From NCBI GenBank assembly GCA_965249485.1, contig OZ252239.1, positions 3,168,001-3,232,000 on the forward strand: a stretch of DNA of 64,000 bases, read 5' to 3'. The notes beneath the pieces are model-generated. The model was not told where the DNA came from. It searched no databases and saw nothing but the letters and a program-made list of their open reading frames with translations. Below, one piece after another: positions 42,326 through 52,734 of this stretch (positions are counted from its first letter, which is position 1; every line of letters starts with the position of its first letter). The DNA is from a bacterium. GTDB taxonomy: Bacteria > SM23-31. The position numbers and the translations under genes were made by a program.

Positions 42326-43319
42326 TTACACTTGTCGACTTTTCAATGCTGCTTCAACCATTTCTAACGATTTGTCCAACATAACATTATGAAAAAACCT
42401 CATTACCGGGATTGACAAGAGGATTAGTCGAAATACTGATGATTAGACCGGTTTCCGGTGCAGCAATATGTTCGACAGCGGTTCCAAACGGATTCATTAC
42501 CTCGGCAATGTCCTGATCTTTATAGACAAGATCACCCGGCTGTGTATGTACATGTAAAATACCTCCGGTTTGTGTAAGAACTGACCGGCTTTCCTGCACT
42601 ATTATCGAGTACTCTGGTTGTTTTATCTCTTGTTTCGTCATTCCAAGATAAGCTAAAATATTGAGGATCCCATCAACACCGCTTAAGGTAACATTTTCAT
42701 GAAACCTGAGGACTTCTCCTCCCGAATATACAATTGTCGGAATTCCTGAAATTGTGGCAGCATTCTGCAATGAATTGTCATTCGCAGGGGTGTCAATAAT
42801 AATTGAGGAGCCAAATGCTCGGGCTAATTGATGTACTTCTCAGTTGCTGAGATTTGCCTCTAAATGAGGTATTTCAAGCCGGTTTGCTTTCGGTGTGTGA
42901 ATATCGACACCAAAATCGCATTGAGATATTATTTCATCATAAAGAATCGACGCAATCCGCGACGCTGTTGATCCTTTTTTTATCCCAGGGAAACAATCAT
43001 TGAGGTCACGCCGGTCTACGATACTTCTGGTATTTGAATAAAATCCGAAAATATTAACGATCGGAACGCAATAGAGCGATCCGCTTAATTCTTGAGGATC
43101 AATGTGATGTATAAGTCTTCTGACAATCTCGATTCCATTAATCTCATCACCATGAACTGCGGCAGTGATAAACAGAGCCGGTCCGTCATGAATACCGTGA
43201 CTCACAATTACCGGTATATGGACAGGGTTATGGGTATAAAATTCACTTATTTTCAGACGGACTTCTGACTGTGAACCCCGCTTAACCGCTTCTCCGGCAA
43301 CGTAGAGAATGTGTTCCAT
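42326..43319 (-). pseudogene. Succinylglutamate desuccinylase/aspartoacylase family, interrupted (in-frame TGA 42840-42842; frameshift in homopolymer 42392-42397)
   Basis: HGDEINGIE, DLNDCFPG, DIHT; the two ORF-track pieces are in the same frame across the TGA. Confidence 0.75.
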
Positions 43320-43339
43320 ATTCAGTAGAATTCAAAATG

Positions 43340-44352
43340 TTAAAAAACGATTCGTTTTTTACCGTAGTGTGTCATTAACCGGGCTCTGATATCTTTCAAA
43401 GGCTCATTTAATTTGAAAATATGGCAGATCCCTTCTCCCGGCGTAAGGTCGGTGAGGTGGCAACACCAATAATAATGCCTCTGAATGGCGCCCTTACCGA
43501 CTCAATTTCAACACCAAAAGGATTCGTATTGATGGCAATTTCCGCATTTTTCTGTACAAGACGTCCCGGTTTAGCACTAATCGACAAAATCCCACCACTA
43601 TCAACACGGACCCATGTTGATTCCTGGATTTCAAATTGCACAGGAGCTTTTTCGTGCTCACCTGGTATCATTTCGAGTACTTTCAATACATTCAGGACCC
43701 CATTGAGTCCCCGTTCGCTAATTTTTTTTTCAAATTTGCGTGTTTCACCCGCCTCAAATATAATTGTCGGAATACCGTTTTCTGTTGCTGCTCGCCGGAG
43801 GGTCCCATCATATCCTTTATTATTCAGGATTACAGTTGTCCCAAATGCTCGGGCAATTCGGGAAATTTCCGGGTGAGTCATATCAGCCCTGACATGAGAT
43901 AAATTTCTTCGTCCTTCGGATGCTGTATGAAGATCGATAACATAATCACTCTTTAAAACCAGTTCATTATAGATAATCGATGCATACCTTTCCGATGAAC
44001 CACTTGCGGGATCACCTGGAAAGAATCTGTTCAGATCTTTTTCTTCATGGAGGTAGCGGGATGTATTTTGAAATCCGTATATATTAACAACCGGGACACA
44101 TATCAACGTTCCGGCAAGTTCTGTCATGTCAAAATTGTATATAAGTTGTCGGACTATCTCAATACCGTTTAGTTCGTCGCCATGAATCGCAGCTGTTATT
44201 AAAACGACCGGTCCCGGTTTTTTCCCATGTAGGACGGTTATCGGAATATAGGTCGGACGTGAAACAAATGAAGTGCTCACCTGAAGTCTAAGCTGTTTTC
44301 GTTCACCCCGGTCTATTGTTGTACCTGCTAATTCAAATATTCCGTTCAACAT
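43340..44352 (-). CDS. Succinylglutamate desuccinylase/aspartoacylase family; frameshift near 43445 alters the C-terminus
   Basis: HGDELNGIE, DLNRFFPG, DLHT, FEAG; shifted frame gives PGEGICHI...KKRIVF* matching the paralog. Confidence 0.85.
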
Positions 44353-44366
44353 TACAGCAAACCCTC

Positions 44367-45254
44367 TTAAGATTTCCTCTTACGAGCACATTGAAGAGCA
44401 TAATCTACAATACATTTAGCTACATTAATTCCTGTCACTTTTTCCACTCCCTCGATTCCGGGTGATACATTGACTTCAAGAATTTTCATGCCGTCCACTG
44501 ATTCAATCATATCGATTCCAGCAACACCGAGGTTAAGAACTTGTGCGGTATGTATAGCCAATTTCTGCTGATTTTTGGATAACTCGAACGGTTCACCAAC
44601 ACTACCCTGATGCATATTTGATCGGAACTCACCGGCTACCGCTATCCTTTTATAACTGGCAACCAACTTTCCGTCAACAACAATTGCACGGATATCAACT
44701 CCTCTCGATTCAATGATATATTGTTGAATGAGGATGTTTCTACCAATTTTCCAAAGGGCTTCAACGGTTGATTGTGCTGCTTGTTTTGAGTCGAGGATTA
44801 TGACTCCAAGTCCTTGGGTTCCTCGCAACAACTTTGCAATTACGGGAACACCGCCGACTCGATCAATTGCTAGGTTGATGATTTTTGGATCACGCACCAT
44901 TACTGTACGGGGTACGGGAATACCTGACTGAGCAAGGACTTGCAGGGTGTAGAACTTATCCCGGGCACATTCAATTCCTTGAGGATCGGATACGGAGGGA
45001 ACTCCTTGATGGATGATCTGCCGGAGTACAGCCAAACCAAATTGGGTAATCGAACCACCTATGCGGGGAATAACAACATCAACATGCGGAAACTTCTTTT
45101 TATTGTAATAGAGATATTGCTTTTCTATTCAAAGAACTATTTCGCATTTCAGCGGATTAAACACCACAGATTCGACACCAGCGGCTTTACTCTCTTCAAC
45201 AAGACGTTTTGTAGAGTATAAAAATCGTTTCCGTGATAAAAGTGCAATTCGCAT
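44367..45254 (-). CDS. rimK: RimK family ATP-grasp alpha-L-glutamate ligase, in-frame TGA at codon 42 (45129-45131)
   Basis: MRIALLSRK...YSTKRL N-terminus in frame with VIPRIG, ARDK, GTQGLGV, FRSNMHQG, EVNVSPG. Confidence 0.85.
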
Positions 45255-45449
45255 TATTCAATGCACCTTATGTGGAGTTCTTCTGGAGAAATGCGCATCT
45301 GCCGCTGTCTCATTGAATATAATTTATCTTAACGAATTCAATCGCAATTTTGCCATTTATTTGTTAAGTGTACTAAAGAAAATAATAGAAAACAAGTATT
45401 GAAATTGACGTTCGATTTTAATATTTTATAGCAAAAACAGGGATGTACT

Positions 45450-45713
45450 ATGAAAGACGAACAGCTTCTTGAAGAACTTGAAAAAGTTGCCACGCGATTC
45501 GATATTACGGTGCGCTATGAAGATGGAGATTTTAAAGGCGGTTTGTGCCGCTTAAAAGATGAAAGTATCATTATTATCAACAAAAAATTCCTTGTCGAGC
45601 AAAAATTAACTTTCCTTGCCCGAGAACTAAGTACACTTGAGCTGGATAAAGTCTATATCCTCCCTAAAATCCGCGAATACATTTTCGAATACGCTTCGGA
45701 AAAAATAGATTAA
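45450..45713 (+). CDS. Conserved small hypothetical protein
   Basis: VRYEDGDFKGGLCRLK...IIINK...YILPKIRE; plausible RBS and promoter. Confidence 0.75.
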   Translation: MKDEQLLEELEKVATRFDITVRYEDGDFKGGLCRLKDESIIIINKKFLVEQKLTFLARELSTLELDKVYILPKIREYIFEYASEKID

Positions 45714-45819
45714 CCTTGCATTATTAAATTATCCCATTTTCCACATCTGACTTTTTAGCAAATGCAGGATTTGTGTTTTTGTCATTTTCTCAATATTTAA
45801 TAAAAATTTCCAAAATCAC

Positions 45820-45846
45820 TCAAGTATTCCTAAAATTAACCGATAT
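45820..45846 (+). promoter_or_regulatory. sigma28-type promoter
   Basis: TCAA-N15-ACCGATAT. Confidence 0.55.
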
Positions 45847-45851
45847 ATAGA

Positions 45852-46060
45852 ATGGGATAAATCCCCATTGGAAATGCACCTGAATTCTGTTAAGAGGTAA
45901 AACGCTTAACGATAAATAAGACGATAACCGGATTTTTGATGAGTAAACAGTCGCGCGGGCTGCGAACTCAAATTCAAAATTCCGTGTTACATACGGAGGG
46001 AACACCAATAGCCAAAAAAACACCTCCAAAGGCAGCCCCCAATCAGGGGCTGCCTTGTTT
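45852..46060 (+). ncRNA. Candidate sigma28-dependent small RNA (~200 nt)
   Basis: Lies between a sigma28 promoter and a strong terminator-like hairpin; several internal hairpins; no convincing ORF. Confidence 0.45.
46029..46060 (+). terminator. Intrinsic terminator-like hairpin
   Basis: aaggcagcccc-caatca-ggggctgcctt (11 bp) followed by gttt; weak U tract. Confidence 0.7.
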
Positions 46061-46316
46061 GTCTAAGTACTCATTCTATTCTATTATTATGGCGACTCAT
46101 TTTCCAAAAAATTAGCACTATAATTGTTTCAAACAAGAAGTGTTTTTATCGTATTCTAAGCATTAAGCCTGTTAGAAATTAATTCAGATTAAATATAACC
46201 AATTTTTTAATTGTATTTAATTTGAAAGACTGATATACTATATCTTCGACTCCGCTATAATGCGACATTAAATCTGCATACGATCTTAGAAGCAACTATT
46301 ACGGAGATTTGGAGGT

Positions 46317-47116
46317 ATGTTGAGTGCGATTATACCTGCTGCTGGCAAGGGTACACGAATGACCAGTATTACTCGCGGCAGACCGAAAGAACTACTGCCA
46401 GTGAATGGAAAACCGCTTATTCTGCATACAGTACAGGAAGCGATTGATGCCGGTGTGCGGTCATTGTATATAGTAATCAGCAGAAAGAAACCGGAAATTT
46501 TTGAATACCTCAATAAAAAAGCGGTCGTTTCAGTGAATGGTCAAAAAACGGAATTCTGCAGACTCAAGGAGCGTGACGTTCATTACACTTTTCTTGAGCA
46601 AAAAGATCAGCTCGGACTTGCACATGCATATTCTTTAGCAGAACCACATATAGGATCTGGCGATTTCCTTGCGATGATGCCCGATTACTACTATCCTGAT
46701 AAACCATCGCCGTCCTTACAGCTTGTTAATAATTATCATAAAGGTCGAAGTTGTTTAGGTATTATCACATTGAAATCTGAACAAGCGCATTTGTTTAACT
46801 ATTCCGGAATTGTCACTTTCGAAGAAACCGCAGAAAAAATGGTAGAAATAATTTCAGTATCTGAAAAAAAAAAGGTAACTTCCCGAAGAATTTTCGAGAT
46901 CAAGTGTATAGATCCGCTGGTATAGCACTCTTTTCGCACGATTTTTTCGAAATCTATCACAATATATCTTACGCAACAGGAGCGGAAAAAGACGATTACC
47001 CCGTTGTACAGACTTTGATAAAGAATGAAATGCTGGAAGGATATTTTATAAATGGACGGTGTTTCGATACCGGAAATCCATACGGTTATGATGCAGCATG
47101 TTCATTGTATCAATAA
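46317..47116 (+). CDS. Sugar-phosphate nucleotidyltransferase (GalU-like), frameshifted at A10 tract 46864-46873
   Basis: IIPAAGKGTRM, PKELLPV, QLGLAHA, EK; second frame ends FDTGNPYGY. Confidence 0.8.
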
Positions 47117-47158
47117 TACAATAAAAAGATTATTACAAATAGTTTGAAAGGACTTCTT

Positions 47159-47398
47159 ATGCCTTTGAATATTCAAATACGAGACCTCGCCACCGGAAAT
47201 CCGGTTAAACCGGACTTTCAACCCCGATTTGCCAAGGATAAAGCAATCAATGTCCGACGGCGCGCATCTGTCAAAAGTTTTCGGGATTTGTCTCAGGTAA
47301 ACAAAGATATAGCAAGGGGAACACCGCGTGATATCGGTTTCAGTGCTACAAAAGTAGCACGGCAGTTCCAAGCTGGTAAAATTGATATTTTAGCGTAA
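47159..47398 (+). CDS. Small hypothetical protein (79 aa); paralog of 13631-13895
   Basis: AAGGA RBS; MPLNIQ...GNPVKP...IGFSATKV...GKIDILA. Confidence 0.65.
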   Translation: MPLNIQIRDLATGNPVKPDFQPRFAKDKAINVRRRASVKSFRDLSQVNKDIARGTPRDIGFSATKVARQFQAGKIDILA

Positions 47399-47610
47399 AG
47401 AGTTATACTCACTTATATTCACAAAACTCTTTTGCTCACTATTGGTTTTAATACCTGTCACATTAGATATATATTCTTTACCTTCCTAATCGCTTCTTAT
47501 TAATTTATACAAATCTTCCATTTGCAAGAAACTCAACTGGCAACTTTTTAGTTACATAAATAACTTCTCTTACACATAAATGCACCTTTACATCTCAGGA
47601 TAATTTAAAT

Positions 47611-49752
47611 ATGACAAATGAATTGAACAACATAGAATTGAGAAATAATCTTGACAAAGCCTCCAGCGCATATTTGAAAAGTGCGCAGCACCAGCCGATA
47701 CAATGGCAAGAATGGGGAAGTCAGGCATTTGATTTAGCTAAAGAACTTGATAGGCCGATTCTCCTCGATATAGGCGCCGTTTGGTGCCACTGGTGTCATG
47801 TCATGGACCGGGAATCGTATGAAGATAGTACTACAGCGTCAATCATAAACGAGCATTTTATTGCAATTAAAATTGATAGAGATGAACGGCCTGATGTAGA
47901 CCGTCGGTATCAGACTTTTGTCCAGGCATTGAGTGGAGGCGGTGGTTGGCCGCTTACATGTTTTTTAACTCCCGAAGGAAAACTCTTTTACGGCGGCACC
48001 TATTTTCCACCCGACAATAAATTTGGCAAACCTGCTTTCAAGACTGTCTTGTTAAACATGAGCGCCTCATACAAGGAAAAAAAGGGTGAAGTTCTCAAAA
48101 GTGCCTCAAGTATTTTTGAGCAGATTTCGGAGTATGAAGAGAATAAGATCAAACCAGGTGAACTTAACAAAAACAGTATCACCAAAATTCTCGTAGATAT
48201 TATCAATATGTTTGATCCGGCCTATGGCGGGTTTGGTAAGGTACCGAAATTCCCAAGTGGTAGTGCGGTTGCCCTGTCACTCCTGGCATACAAAGCAAAC
48301 GGAAATTCACAATATCTCGATATTGCAAAGATCACCCTTGATAAGTGTGCTTCAGGTGGTATTCACGATCATCTCGCAGGTGGATTTCACCGCTATTCTG
48401 TCGATCAAAACTGGCATGTCCCTCACTTTGAAAAAATGACGTATGATAATGCGGAGTTTTTAAGTAATTACATCGAACTCTACCACGTTACAGATGACAT
48501 TCGATATAAAAATATCGCCGAAGGAATAATCAGATACTATACAGACGAAATGACAGATCAGCAAATTGGCGGATTCTTTGCGCATCAGGACGCGGATATA
48601 ACACTCGAAGATGACGGAGATTATTTTACCTGGACAAAAAACGAGATTTCGGATCATCTAAATAAAGAACAGGAAAAAGTTTTTAACGCATACTTTGGCA
48701 TTTCCGAATTGCCGCACGATCTGCATGGAACACCAGACAGAAATGTCCTCTATTCGGTTAAGTCACTGTCTATTGTAGCTGAAGAACTGAATGTCTCAAT
48801 CGAACAAGCTGAAACAGTGCTCGACGCTGCAAAATCAAAACTGTTAAAAATTCGCTCAACACGTCAGGCTCCTTATATCGACAAAACGATTTTTACCAAC
48901 TATAACGGGATGATGATCTCGGCATATATGAAAGCGTACAAAATTCTCAAGGACAAAAATCTCAAACTATTTACAATAAAGACATTCGATTTCCTCATTG
49001 ATAAGCTTTTCACCCCTGATCATGGATTTGCACACTCGTGTACAGGAAATACAGTAAAAATCACCGGACTCCTCGGAGATCAGGTTTGGATGGCAATCGC
49101 GCTTTTAGACGGATTTGAAATCACTAGTGATTTTCGATACTTTAACTATGCTGTTACAATGGCAGATTTCATTCTTGACAATTTCTATGATAACGAAAAT
49201 GGCGGATTTTTTGATAGGATTAGTGGCGACAATCCATCTCCCGTCATGGAAATCAATCATAAACCGTTTGAAGATACCCCGACAGCCTCCTCTAATTCGA
49301 TTGCCATTCGATTTTTGGACCGGATGTATTTACTGACCGGAGAAGAACGGTACCGATCGGCATCAGAAAAGACACTTCAGACATTTTCAGGCAGTATCGA
49401 GCGTAACGGCCTTTACCTTGCTTCGTATGGAACAGCGCTCTATTATCATCTCAATCCTCCACCACAGGTGATAATAATCGATTCAGACACATCAGAGCAA
49501 ACAGAAAAACTCATCTCAGCAGGGTATTCTTCTGCCCAACCCGGGGTATCAGTTTATGTCTTCAATGACCACAATGAGACCAATCAAAAGCTTCCTCCAT
49601 TGATAAAATCAAAAATTGCTGGAACAAACAACAGTAGAAATGCTGTTGCTTATGTGTGTGCTGGCACAGAATGCTCGCCACCTACCGGTGACCCAGTGGA
49701 ACTTGTAGAAATACTCCGGACTTTTGGTAAACAGGATGTAGGTTTGGAATGA
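47611..49752 (+). CDS. YyaL/SPATA20-like thioredoxin domain protein (DUF255 + alpha/alpha toroid)
   Basis: WCHWCHVMDRES, DRDERPD, GGWPL, PHFEKM. Confidence 0.93.
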   Translation: MTNELNNIELRNNLDKASSAYLKSAQHQPIQWQEWGSQAFDLAKELDRPILLDIGAVWCHWCHVMDRESYEDSTTASIINEHFIAIKIDRDERPDVDRRYQTFVQALSGGGGWPLTCFLTPEGKLFYGGTYFPPDNKFGKPAFKTVLLNMSASYKEKKGEVLKSASSIFEQISEYEENKIKPGELNKNSITKILVDIINMFDPAYGGFGKVPKFPSGSAVALSLLAYKANGNSQYLDIAKITLDKCASGGIHDHLAGGFHRYSVDQNWHVPHFEKMTYDNAEFLSNYIELYHVTDDIRYKNIAEGIIRYYTDEMTDQQIGGFFAHQDADITLEDDGDYFTWTKNEISDHLNKEQEKVFNAYFGISELPHDLHGTPDRNVLYSVKSLSIVAEELNVSIEQAETVLDAAKSKLLKIRSTRQAPYIDKTIFTNYNGMMISAYMKAYKILKDKNLKLFTIKTFDFLIDKLFTPDHGFAHSCTGNTVKITGLLGDQVWMAIALLDGFEITSDFRYFNYAVTMADFILDNFYDNENGGFFDRISGDNPSPVMEINHKPFEDTPTASSNSIAIRFLDRMYLLTGEERYRSASEKTLQTFSGSIERNGLYLASYGTALYYHLNPPPQVIIIDSDTSEQTEKLISAGYSSAQPGVSVYVFNDHNETNQKLPPLIKSKIAGTNNSRNAVAYVCAGTECSPPTGDPVELVEILRTFGKQDVGLE

Positions 49753-49809
49753 TGACCAGATTATATACCGGATATCAGTGTTACGCAGTTCTTAACGAAA
49801 GGTTTTTCA

Positions 49810-50739
49810 ATGAGATGGAAGCTGTTATTGTCAAGTATGCTTCTTTTCATAACTCCATCATTTGTTTCTGCACAGTGCAGCTGCGGTGGCACACCTCTCC
49901 TCGGTTCACTTGAACTTCCGGCGACACTGCCGGGAAATTGGCAGTTCGCACTAACCTATGATTTCAATAACATTGCTGATTTTTATTCAGGAACAAACGA
50001 ATTAAGCAGTACTCTGAAACGGAAAACCCACGCAGGATTATTCGAGGTCAGTTACGGATTAACATCACGGCTTTCTTTGTCGACACTTGTTTCAATTGTT
50101 CAGCAAAACAGACATTCGGCAAATTCCGTGCGGACAAGGGGTTTGGGAGACATCGCTATGCTGGCAAAGTATAGTATAATTCCTCTAAACGCACAAACAC
50201 AACGTTCTCTTGCATTAGGGATTGGTCCAAAAATCCCTGTCGGAGACTCAAAGGTTAAAACCAGTGAAGGCATACTACTTCCTGAAAGCCTGCAGCCGGG
50301 AACCGGTTCCTGGGATTTGCTTTTCTGGAGTTACTTCTATCAGGGATTTCAGCCCGTTACTGCCGCGAGATTCTTCGCAACAACTTCCTACAAAATAAGC
50401 AGTAAAAACTGGCGAAATTTCAGATATGGTGACGAACTGTCAATCACACTCGGTACCAGTTACGGAACATCAACACCATTCGATTATTCACTCCTGCTCC
50501 AGTTTAGAACAATTGAAGAATATGAATTAAATGGAGCACTCCAGCCTAACACCGGCGCATTATGGCGCGATCTCGTTCCTGGTATCCACTTTAAACTGAC
50601 AAACTCCTTGGGTTTGAGGGCATCCGGTGCAATTCCGGTTTACCGTGATTTGCAAGGATCACAGCTCACAACGTCATATACCGCATCAGTTACCCTCTTT
50701 TACGCTATTACAAAACAACCGAAACTGCAAATTTTTTAA
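49810..50739 (+). CDS. Putative outer-membrane beta-barrel (transporter-like) with N-terminal CxC
   Basis: Signal peptide then QCSCGG; GLGD, QPGTGSWD. Confidence 0.65.
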   Translation: MRWKLLLSSMLLFITPSFVSAQCSCGGTPLLGSLELPATLPGNWQFALTYDFNNIADFYSGTNELSSTLKRKTHAGLFEVSYGLTSRLSLSTLVSIVQQNRHSANSVRTRGLGDIAMLAKYSIIPLNAQTQRSLALGIGPKIPVGDSKVKTSEGILLPESLQPGTGSWDLLFWSYFYQGFQPVTAARFFATTSYKISSKNWRNFRYGDELSITLGTSYGTSTPFDYSLLLQFRTIEEYELNGALQPNTGALWRDLVPGIHFKLTNSLGLRASGAIPVYRDLQGSQLTTSYTASVTLFYAITKQPKLQIF

Positions 50740-50751
50740 GAAAGCAATATT

Positions 50752-51831
50752 ATGAAACATTACTTTTTCCTTTATGTTTTAGCAATGCTGTCTACCATTT
50801 TATTCTCCTGCTCCAGTAATTCCTTTAATAGTGTAAACACTCCCAGTCCAGGTGATTCGGCACAATGGCTTGTACCGGTGAGTGATGTTTTTGACGGAGG
50901 TCCCGGCAAAGACGGCATACCCTCTCTCGAGAATCCGACAATGATTTCTGCAGGATCAGCGACGTATTTATCGGATGGTGATCTTGTTGCGGGTGTTCTT
51001 ATTAATGGTGATGCTCAGGCATTTCCACATATGATTATGGAACATCATGAAATTGCTAATGTTGAGATCGGAGGTAGTCATGTTAGTGTATCATTTTGCC
51101 CTCTTACCTACTCGTCCATTGGGTGGGACAGAACACTCGAAGGATCTCTTACAACATTCGGCGTATCCGGTCTTCTTTACAAAAACAACCTTGTCCACTA
51201 TGACCGTTTAACCGACAGTAACTGGTCTCAGATGCTCAATAAGAGTATCAACGGTTCATTTATAACAGAAGAACTCGAAACATTTAAGGTAGTTGAAACA
51301 ACATGGGGAACATGGAAAAGGATGTACCCCGAAACTCTTGTACTTTCTAGAAATACAGGCCATAACCGGAATTACGGTCCAGCACTCTATGGTGATTATA
51401 GTGTCAATAACAGTAACATCCTGTTTCCTATCAGAAATGATGATGGGAGAATCGAAAAAAAAGAGCGTCTGCATGGTATTATCGTAAATGACCAAGTTAA
51501 AGCATTCCGATTTTCCTCCTTCACTGAAGGAATCACAACATTCAATGACACTTACCGTGGTCAGGATCTGGTAATTACAGGAAGCGCCGTGGATGATTTT
51601 ATAGTGTCGTACAGGCGAGACATGCCTGATGGAACTGTTCTCAGGTTTCAGCCGGTCCAGAATGCACTTCCCATAATCATGACCGATGGAGAAGGAACAT
51701 CATGGGATATTTTCGGCAACGGTATTTCGGGACCGCGTGAGGGCGAACACCTTACGAAAGCAAATTCCTACATTGCATTCTGGTTTGCATGGGGTGATTT
51801 TTATCCCGCACCTGAATTATTTGAATTCTAA
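50752..51831 (+). CDS. DUF3179 domain lipoprotein
   Basis: Lipobox LFSC; GGPGKDGIPSL, FCPLT, FGVSGLLY, WSQM, FWFAW. Confidence 0.88.
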   Translation: MKHYFFLYVLAMLSTILFSCSSNSFNSVNTPSPGDSAQWLVPVSDVFDGGPGKDGIPSLENPTMISAGSATYLSDGDLVAGVLINGDAQAFPHMIMEHHEIANVEIGGSHVSVSFCPLTYSSIGWDRTLEGSLTTFGVSGLLYKNNLVHYDRLTDSNWSQMLNKSINGSFITEELETFKVVETTWGTWKRMYPETLVLSRNTGHNRNYGPALYGDYSVNNSNILFPIRNDDGRIEKKERLHGIIVNDQVKAFRFSSFTEGITTFNDTYRGQDLVITGSAVDDFIVSYRRDMPDGTVLRFQPVQNALPIIMTDGEGTSWDIFGNGISGPREGEHLTKANSYIAFWFAWGDFYPAPELFEF

Positions 51832-51832
51832 A

Positions 51833-52099
51833 TATCGGTCGTTGTTGTTGGAAGTAGAAGAGAATAATTTGTTATCTCTTGTGATAGAACTTTTGGAAGA
51901 TGGCTCGATACTTTACTTTGTTTCAGACACTGATGAGCTTCCAACAGTGATGAATAATAATGAAAGGACATTGCGGGATGTTTTGGGAAATGTGGTATCT
52001 GGCCCGAGTACAGGCGAAAAACTTATACTGACCAATTCGTTCCTTACCTACTGTTTTGCCCGGGAAACATTCTACTCCGATGTAGAAACATACAATTAG
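51833..52099 (+). pseudogene. Degenerate duplicate of the DUF3179 C-terminus
   Basis: VVVGS..*FVIS, then a frameshift, then LEDGSIL...LPTVM...DVLGNVVSGPSTGEKL..TNSF...FY; aligns to the adjacent gene end. Confidence 0.75.
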
Positions 52100-52180
52100 G
52101 AATATTTCAATCTTACTAATTGGATAGAAAAATCAATCTAATGACGCGGAAAATAAGATTATAACTATTTGCAGAGTGGA

Positions 52181-52633
52181 TTATAGTGCTTCAATTTTCT
52201 CTTCTAGAATCCCGACGATTACCGGACCTTTTTCTACAATCTTCTCAATTATACCGATTATTCCTGCTGCCATTGAATTGTAGAAAAGTGCAGTAATATC
52301 ATCCTCAAGCTTTTCGTGCGGCTGTATATTTTTCTCGATAAATTTCAGATGCGTTTCGTTTGCTGTTTCTACCATGTGCAATTCCTCATAGTATTCTCGT
52401 AACACCTGCATCAACTCTTTATCTGCAACTTTACAAAGCCGTTTATTGTAGTTTTTATAGATAATATCAAAATTAGTAAGCTGCTTGGAAAGTTTCAGTC
52501 TTTTGAGCTCTTTTTTTCTTGCAAAACGGTTCCGATTTTCCGCAACTATTCGTTTTGCGTACGACCAGCGACCGAACAGTATCCCGGCAGTAAGTCCGAT
52601 CACGATACCGGCAATTATGTATTGAATTATCAT
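52181..52633 (-). CDS. Hypothetical protein with N-terminal membrane anchor
   Basis: 150-aa ORF, hydrophobic N-terminus then helical region. Confidence 0.65.
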   Translation of the reverse strand: MIIQYIIAGIVIGLTAGILFGRWSYAKRIVAENRNRFARKKELKRLKLSKQLTNFDIIYKNYNKRLCKVADKELMQVLREYYEELHMVETANETHLKFIEKNIQPHEKLEDDITALFYNSMAAGIIGIIEKIVEKGPVIVGILEEKIEAL

Positions 52634-52734
52634 AAAGATCAGATTGAGTTTTGGTAAAAGTTATTCAAATGAATGAATATTTATCTCAAGATGCAACATC
52701 TAATTTGCGTTGCTGAAGTGATTTCGCACTCTCA

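Noticed and set aside
45820..46029. 69-aa minus-strand ORF
   Set aside because: TTG start inside the hairpin, no RBS, no recognisable features; overlaps the plus-strand promoter-terminator unit
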